64,000 nucleotides of DNA from Candidatus Binatia bacterium (lineage in GTDB: Bacteria > Desulfobacterota > Binatia > HRBIN30 > BPIQ01), in contig BPIQ01000001.1 of NCBI GenBank assembly GCA_026004195.1, positions 653,871 to 717,870 of the forward strand, read 5' to 3'. The notes below the pieces were generated by a model that searched no databases, had not been told where the DNA came from, and saw only the letters and a list, made by a program, of their open reading frames with translations. Of the stretch, positions 59,882-64,000 are shown piece after piece. The translations under genes were made by a program, and so were the position numbers. Numbering within the stretch: the first letter of the stretch is position 1; the number at the start of each line of letters is the position of its first letter.

Positions 59882-60364
59882 TCAGTGGGAAAAGATCTGA
59901 TTGAGCTCCGCCATGATCTTTTCTTCCGGGTGCGAGCGGGCGATGGAGAGCTCCTTGACCAGGAGATTCCTGGCCGTGTCGAGCATCTTCCGCTCCCCGA
60001 ACGAGAGTTCCTTGTCCCCTTTCAGGACGCAGAGATCGCGGAGCACCTTCGCGATCTCGAGCACGGAACCGGTCTTGATCTTCTCGGTGTACTCTCTGTA
60101 GCGGCGATTCCAGGTCTGCTGGTCCACCTCGACCTTCTTCTCGCGCAGGATCTTGTACACCTTGGACACCATGTCCTTGCCGATGACCTTCCGCAAGCCG
60201 ACCGCCTGGACGTTCTCGGTGGGAATCATGATCGTCATGTCCGTGTCGAGGATCCTCAGCATGTAGAAGTTCTTCTGGGTACCCGAGACGGAGCGTGTCT
60301 GGATGCCCTCGATCACGCCGACCCCGTGTGCCGGATAGACCACCTTCTCACCTACCTTGAACAT
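59882..60364 (-). CDS. carD: CarD/CdnL RNA polymerase-binding transcription factor
   Basis: VVYPAHGVG, WNRRYR, LSFGERKML. Confidence 0.95.
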   Translation of the reverse strand: MFKVGEKVVYPAHGVGVIEGIQTRSVSGTQKNFYMLRILDTDMTIMIPTENVQAVGLRKVIGKDMVSKVYKILREKKVEVDQQTWNRRYREYTEKIKTGSVLEIAKVLRDLCVLKGDKELSFGERKMLDTARNLLVKELSIARSHPEEKIMAELNQIFSH

Positions 60365-60878
60365 GCGGCCAAGCCCCCCTTTCGGTCGAGATGATCAAGC
60401 TCCGCGAATTATACCGGCTCGGTTCTCCTCGAGCAACGAGGATCCGGCACAGCACCAGAGCGTCCCGTCCGGGGCCGTAATAACCCGCTCGGCGTCCGTG
60501 CTCCAAAAAGTTCAAGCTTCGGTAGAGGTTTTTGGCCGGCTCGTTGTCTTCGGCCACTTCCAGGAACACCCGCTCGACCCCCTCTTTCGCCGCGGACTCG
60601 AGGAACTCCCCGAGAAGTCGGCGGGCCACGCCCCGACGACGCCACGGCGGCGAAACGACGAGGTTCAGGATTTCCGCCTCCGGGGGGAGGACCCTCGCGC
60701 AAAGGAAGCCCACGAGGCGTCCCTCCGCTTCGGCGACGAGCCCCGACGCATGCGGGGACTCGAGTTCCCGTTCCAGTGCGGCACGGCTCCAGGCGAGCGC
60801 GCCTGCTTCGCACGAGAGGGCAGCCAGGTCCTCGAGCTGCGAGGGGGAAGGGGCGAGGATCCGGAAGCTGCCGCTCAC
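60348..60878 (-). CDS. rimI: ribosomal-protein-alanine N-acetyltransferase (GNAT)
   Basis: EAEILNLVV, RRRGVA, LEVAEDN, RAGYY. Confidence 0.88.
   Translation of the reverse strand: MSGSFRILAPSPSQLEDLAALSCEAGALAWSRAALERELESPHASGLVAEAEGRLVGFLCARVLPPEAEILNLVVSPPWRRRGVARRLLGEFLESAAKEGVERVFLEVAEDNEPAKNLYRSLNFLEHGRRAGYYGPGRDALVLCRILVARGEPSRYNSRSLIISTERGAWPHVQGR
60408..60436 (-). promoter_or_regulatory. carD promoter TTGCTC-N17-TATAAT inside the rimI 3' end
   Basis: perfect -10 at 60413-60408, -35 at 60436-60431. Confidence 0.65.
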
Positions 60879-62308
60879 CGGGCGTCCGCCGCCAAGAGCA
60901 CGACTTCGAGCGTCTTGTCCCGATAACGGTGCTGGAACCCGCGCACCGGACGCTCGAGCTTCACGTAGGTCGTGAAGTCCGGAGGAAACGCGGGTGAGAC
61001 GGCCGCCAGCCGCCGTACCGTGGGATCGACGACCTTTCCCCGGACGACGAAGTAACCGTTCTCGAGGGCGAGGTCGAGCTTGTAGTCGGGCATCTCGTCC
61101 GGAACTCCGAGAGCGAGCTTCTCGGCGGAGGGAGGAATCCGCCGCGGGAGCTCCATGCGAAAGTAGTAGCCGTTCGCGTGCTCTCGCAGGACGTAGACCT
61201 CGCCGTACCGGCGCTCCCGTTCGATCTTGTCCTCGAATTCCGACCCGTGGAACCCGTCGACTCCGACGGCACCCCTCTTTTCCGCAGCGTCCGCGAAGGC
61301 GAGCCGAAACACGGGTGCGAGAAGGGCCCCGAGCACGGCACCGTAGAAGCTCGCGCGGAGGGGAGTCTCCCCGACGGGCCTACCCTGGAAGACCGCTTCG
61401 CGGAGTCTCCAGCAGGTCTCCACCGCGGCCGCGACGAGCCCGAGGAGCACGAGGCCGTGGAGCTGCGAGCTGAACAGGTCCCGCCCGAGGTAAAGTGCGC
61501 CCGCGACGGCGAAAAGAACGGGGTAGAGGACGATGTCGTGGATCACGTTGAGTCCCGTGGCAGCCGCGGCCGAGAAGAAACGGCGGTCGCCGACGGCCCG
61601 CTCGAGGGCTTCTTTCTGCCGTGCGGGCAACGCCCCCAGCACCGGGAGCAAAAGCGCGGCCGCCCAGCGGACAAACCTCCGGCGGGAAGGTCTTCCCGGG
61701 TCCCCCAGAGCCTCGAGCGCTTCTTCGAAGGGTTCGGACAACACCCCCTGCGCGGCTCTGGGCGGAGGAGCGGAAACGAGCTGGAGTTTCGGCTTCGGGG
61801 CCGAGATGGGTTTTTCGATCCGGGCCGGCGCCGGGGAGGCCGCGACAGCGGCCGCAGCCGCGACCCCGGTGGGTTGCGCGGGCGCTGCGGGCTTCGGCGC
61901 CGCAGCGACCTCCCGCTTTTCCTGCGCTGCGCTCGGTGCCGGAGCTTCCGCCGGAGCCGGTCGAGCAGCCCCGTTCCCCTTCTTGAAGCGGGAAGGGAAG
62001 TCCTCGGGAAACTCGACGTCGGGATGAAGCCGCTTGGCCTTGGCGATCAGCTGCTCTTCCGTCTCCGGATGCTCGGGATCCGGAACGCAACAGTCCACCG
62101 GGCAGACCGCGGCACAGGCCTCGTGATCGTAGAACCCGACGCACTCCGTGCACTTGTCGGGAACGATGTAGAAAATGTCCTCGCGCAGCGGTGGGTGCTT
62201 CTGCCCGTCGAGCTCCCATTCGACCCCGCCCGGGTAGATGGCCGTGTTCGGACACTCCGGTTCGCAGGCACCGCAGTTGATACATTCGGACGTGATGACG
62301 GTCGCCAT
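60875..62308 (-). CDS. YfhL-type 2[4Fe-4S] ferredoxin fused to a membrane region and an Hsp20-like C-terminal domain
   Basis: [18 protein letters not shown]...[10 protein letters not shown]; Ala/Pro linker; 3-4 hydrophobic helices; C-terminal beta-sandwich pattern. Confidence 0.78.
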   Translation of the reverse strand: MATVITSECINCGACEPECPNTAIYPGGVEWELDGQKHPPLREDIFYIVPDKCTECVGFYDHEACAAVCPVDCCVPDPEHPETEEQLIAKAKRLHPDVEFPEDFPSRFKKGNGAARPAPAEAPAPSAAQEKREVAAAPKPAAPAQPTGVAAAAAVAASPAPARIEKPISAPKPKLQLVSAPPPRAAQGVLSEPFEEALEALGDPGRPSRRRFVRWAAALLLPVLGALPARQKEALERAVGDRRFFSAAAATGLNVIHDIVLYPVLFAVAGALYLGRDLFSSQLHGLVLLGLVAAAVETCWRLREAVFQGRPVGETPLRASFYGAVLGALLAPVFRLAFADAAEKRGAVGVDGFHGSEFEDKIERERRYGEVYVLREHANGYYFRMELPRRIPPSAEKLALGVPDEMPDYKLDLALENGYFVVRGKVVDPTVRRLAAVSPAFPPDFTTYVKLERPVRGFQHRYRDKTLEVVLLAADAR

Positions 62309-62362
62309 GACGGCCCTCCTCGACCCATCTTACGGCCGGGCGAGTTCGGCGCAAGCCACGGC

Positions 62363-64000
62363 TCAGGCAAAGAGCGGTGCCAGGACGAGGGAGACGACCG
62401 ACATGAGCTTGATCAGGATGTTCAGCGAAGGACCCGCCGTATCCTTGAAAGGGTCGCCGACCGTGTCCCCGACCACGGCCGCCTTGTGCGAATCGGAGCC
62501 CTTGCCGCCGAAAGCCCCGCCCTCGATGTACTTCTTCGCGTTGTCCCACGCCCCGCCGGCGTTGGCCATGAAAATGGCGAGAAGGACCCCCGACACCGTG
62601 ACGCCGGCCAGCATTCCCCCGAGCGCGTGCTTGTCCACCGCACCCACGACGACCGGCGTGACCACCGCCAGGAGGCCGGGGAGGACCATGCGGCGAATCG
62701 CCGCCGCCGTGGAAATGTCCACACACCTGGCGTAGTCGGCTCGGGCTTTGCCCTCCATCAGCCCCGGAATCGTCCGGAACTGCCTCCGAACCTCGTCGAT
62801 CATGTCGTAAGCGGCTTCCCCGACCGCACGCATGGCGAGCGCGCTGAAGAGAAAGGGGAGCATCCCGCCCAGGAAGAGCCCCGCGATCACGTAAGGATTG
62901 GTCACGTCGATGGTCTCGATCCTCGCGGAGGCCTGGAAGGCGGAAAAAAGGGCGAGGGCGGTGAGCGCGGCGGACCCGATCGCGAACCCCTTGCCGATGG
63001 CGGCCGTCGTGTTCCCCACGGCGTCGAGCTTGTCGGTGCGGGAGCGAACCTCGGGACCTAGCCCGCTCATTTCCGCGATGCCACCGGCGTTGTCGGCGAT
63101 CGGCCCGTAAGCGTCGACGGCCAGCTGGATCCCGGTCGTCGAGAGCATCCCGAGTGCGGAAATGGCGATCCCGTAGAGGCCGGCGCAGTAGTAGGCGAAG
63201 ACGATCGCCGCCGCGATGAAAAGAACCGGCGGCGCCGTCGAAAGCATTCCGAGACCCAGCCCCGCGATGATGTTCGTCGCGGCCCCGGTCTGCGACTGCT
63301 CGGCGATGCGACGTGCCGGAGAACGCGACTCGGAGGTGAAATATTCCGTCAGGACACCGATGGCGATGCCCGCCGCGAGCCCCGCTACGGTCGCCCAGAA
63401 AATCCCGCCCGCGGAGAGCTCCACCAGAGTGCCGGTGACGTTCGTCTCGGGCCCCACCGGCGCCGGGACGAAAGCACGCACCACGGGATAGGTCGCCGCC
63501 AGCATCAGAACCCCCGCACCGAACGTCCCCAGGTTGAGCGCCGCCTGCGGGTTCCCGCCCTCTCGGGTCCGCACGGCGAACGTACCCACGATCGACGCCA
63601 GCACCCCTACCCCCGCCAGAGCGAGCGGAAGCAGCACGATCCGGATGTCCCCGTAAGCCACCCCCAGGACCATCGTGCCGACGATCGAGCCCACGTAGCT
63701 CTCGAACAGGTCGGCCCCCATCCCCGCCACGTCCCCGACGTTGTCTCCCACGTTGTCCGCGATGACGGCAGGGTTCCGGGGGTCGTCTTCGGGAATCCCG
63801 GCCTCGACCTTGCCCACCAGATCCGCGCCCACGTCGGCCGCTTTCGTGTAGATCCCGCCCCCGACCCGGGCAAAAAGAGCGATCGACGAGGCGCCGAACG
63901 AAAAGCCGGTGAGCACGTTCATCACGCGCCCCGGATCTTCGAAAAGCTGCGAGTAGAGCCAGTAAAGCAGGCTGAGACCCGAAATCCCCAGCCCGACGAC
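62363..64000 (-). CDS. hppA: membrane-bound ion-translocating pyrophosphatase, K+-dependent type (5' truncated)
   Basis: [54 protein letters not shown]. Confidence 0.96.
   Translation of the reverse strand, partial: VVGLGISGLSLLYWLYSQLFEDPGRVMNVLTGFSFGASSIALFARVGGGIYTKAADVGADLVGKVEAGIPEDDPRNPAVIADNVGDNVGDVAGMGADLFESYVGSIVGTMVLGVAYGDIRIVLLPLALAGVGVLASIVGTFAVRTREGGNPQAALNLGTFGAGVLMLAATYPVVRAFVPAPVGPETNVTGTLVELSAGGIFWATVAGLAAGIAIGVLTEYFTSESRSPARRIAEQSQTGAATNIIAGLGLGMLSTAPPVLFIAAAIVFAYYCAGLYGIAISALGMLSTTGIQLAVDAYGPIADNAGGIAEMSGLGPEVRSRTDKLDAVGNTTAAIGKGFAIGSAALTALALFSAFQASARIETIDVTNPYVIAGLFLGGMLPFLFSALAMRAVGEAAYDMIDEVRRQFRTIPGLMEGKARADYARCVDISTAAAIRRMVLPGLLAVVTPVVVGAVDKHALGGMLAGVTVSGVLLAIFMANAGGAWDNAKKYIEGGAFGGKGSDSHKAAVVGDTVGDPFKDTAGPSLNILIKLMSVVSLVLAPLFA

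Overview
This is a GC-rich, very gene-dense bacterial chromosomal segment with about 63 CDS and many overlapping start/stop codons. I recognise no rRNA, tRNA, CRISPR array, transposase, integrase or prophage. The gene content (carD-ispD, DUF1844, several acyl-CoA dehydrogenases, dockerin-like Pro/Thr-linker surface proteins) suggests a diderm deltaproteobacterial-type lineage such as Binatota; this is inference only. Housekeeping genes: purF (5' partial), rnd, lgt, trmB, ald, hisS-aspS, purM, purU, htpX-degP-PBP1B-tsaD-rsmA-mutM, cysK-larE, ispD, carD, rimI, hppA (5' partial). There are also clusters for beta-oxidation and branched/terpenoid acyl-CoA catabolism. The most unusual items are: (1) 37.4-41.4 kb, a Cyc2-like monoheme cytochrome-beta-barrel fusion facing an atypical CxxxxCH lipoprotein, a Cys/His periplasmic protein and a LytS/LytTR pair; (2) 27.3-35.7 kb, secreted dockerin-like, Pro/Thr-linker and Cys-rich proteins, including a ~1480-aa protein with a duplicated module I cannot assign; (3) a stand-alone, catalytically degenerate Hint (intein-like) domain gene heading a beta-oxidation operon; (4) a YfhL ferredoxin-membrane-Hsp20-like fusion; (5) a +1 frameshift in an acyl-CoA dehydrogenase. 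All calls come from reading motifs by eye; no database searches were run.
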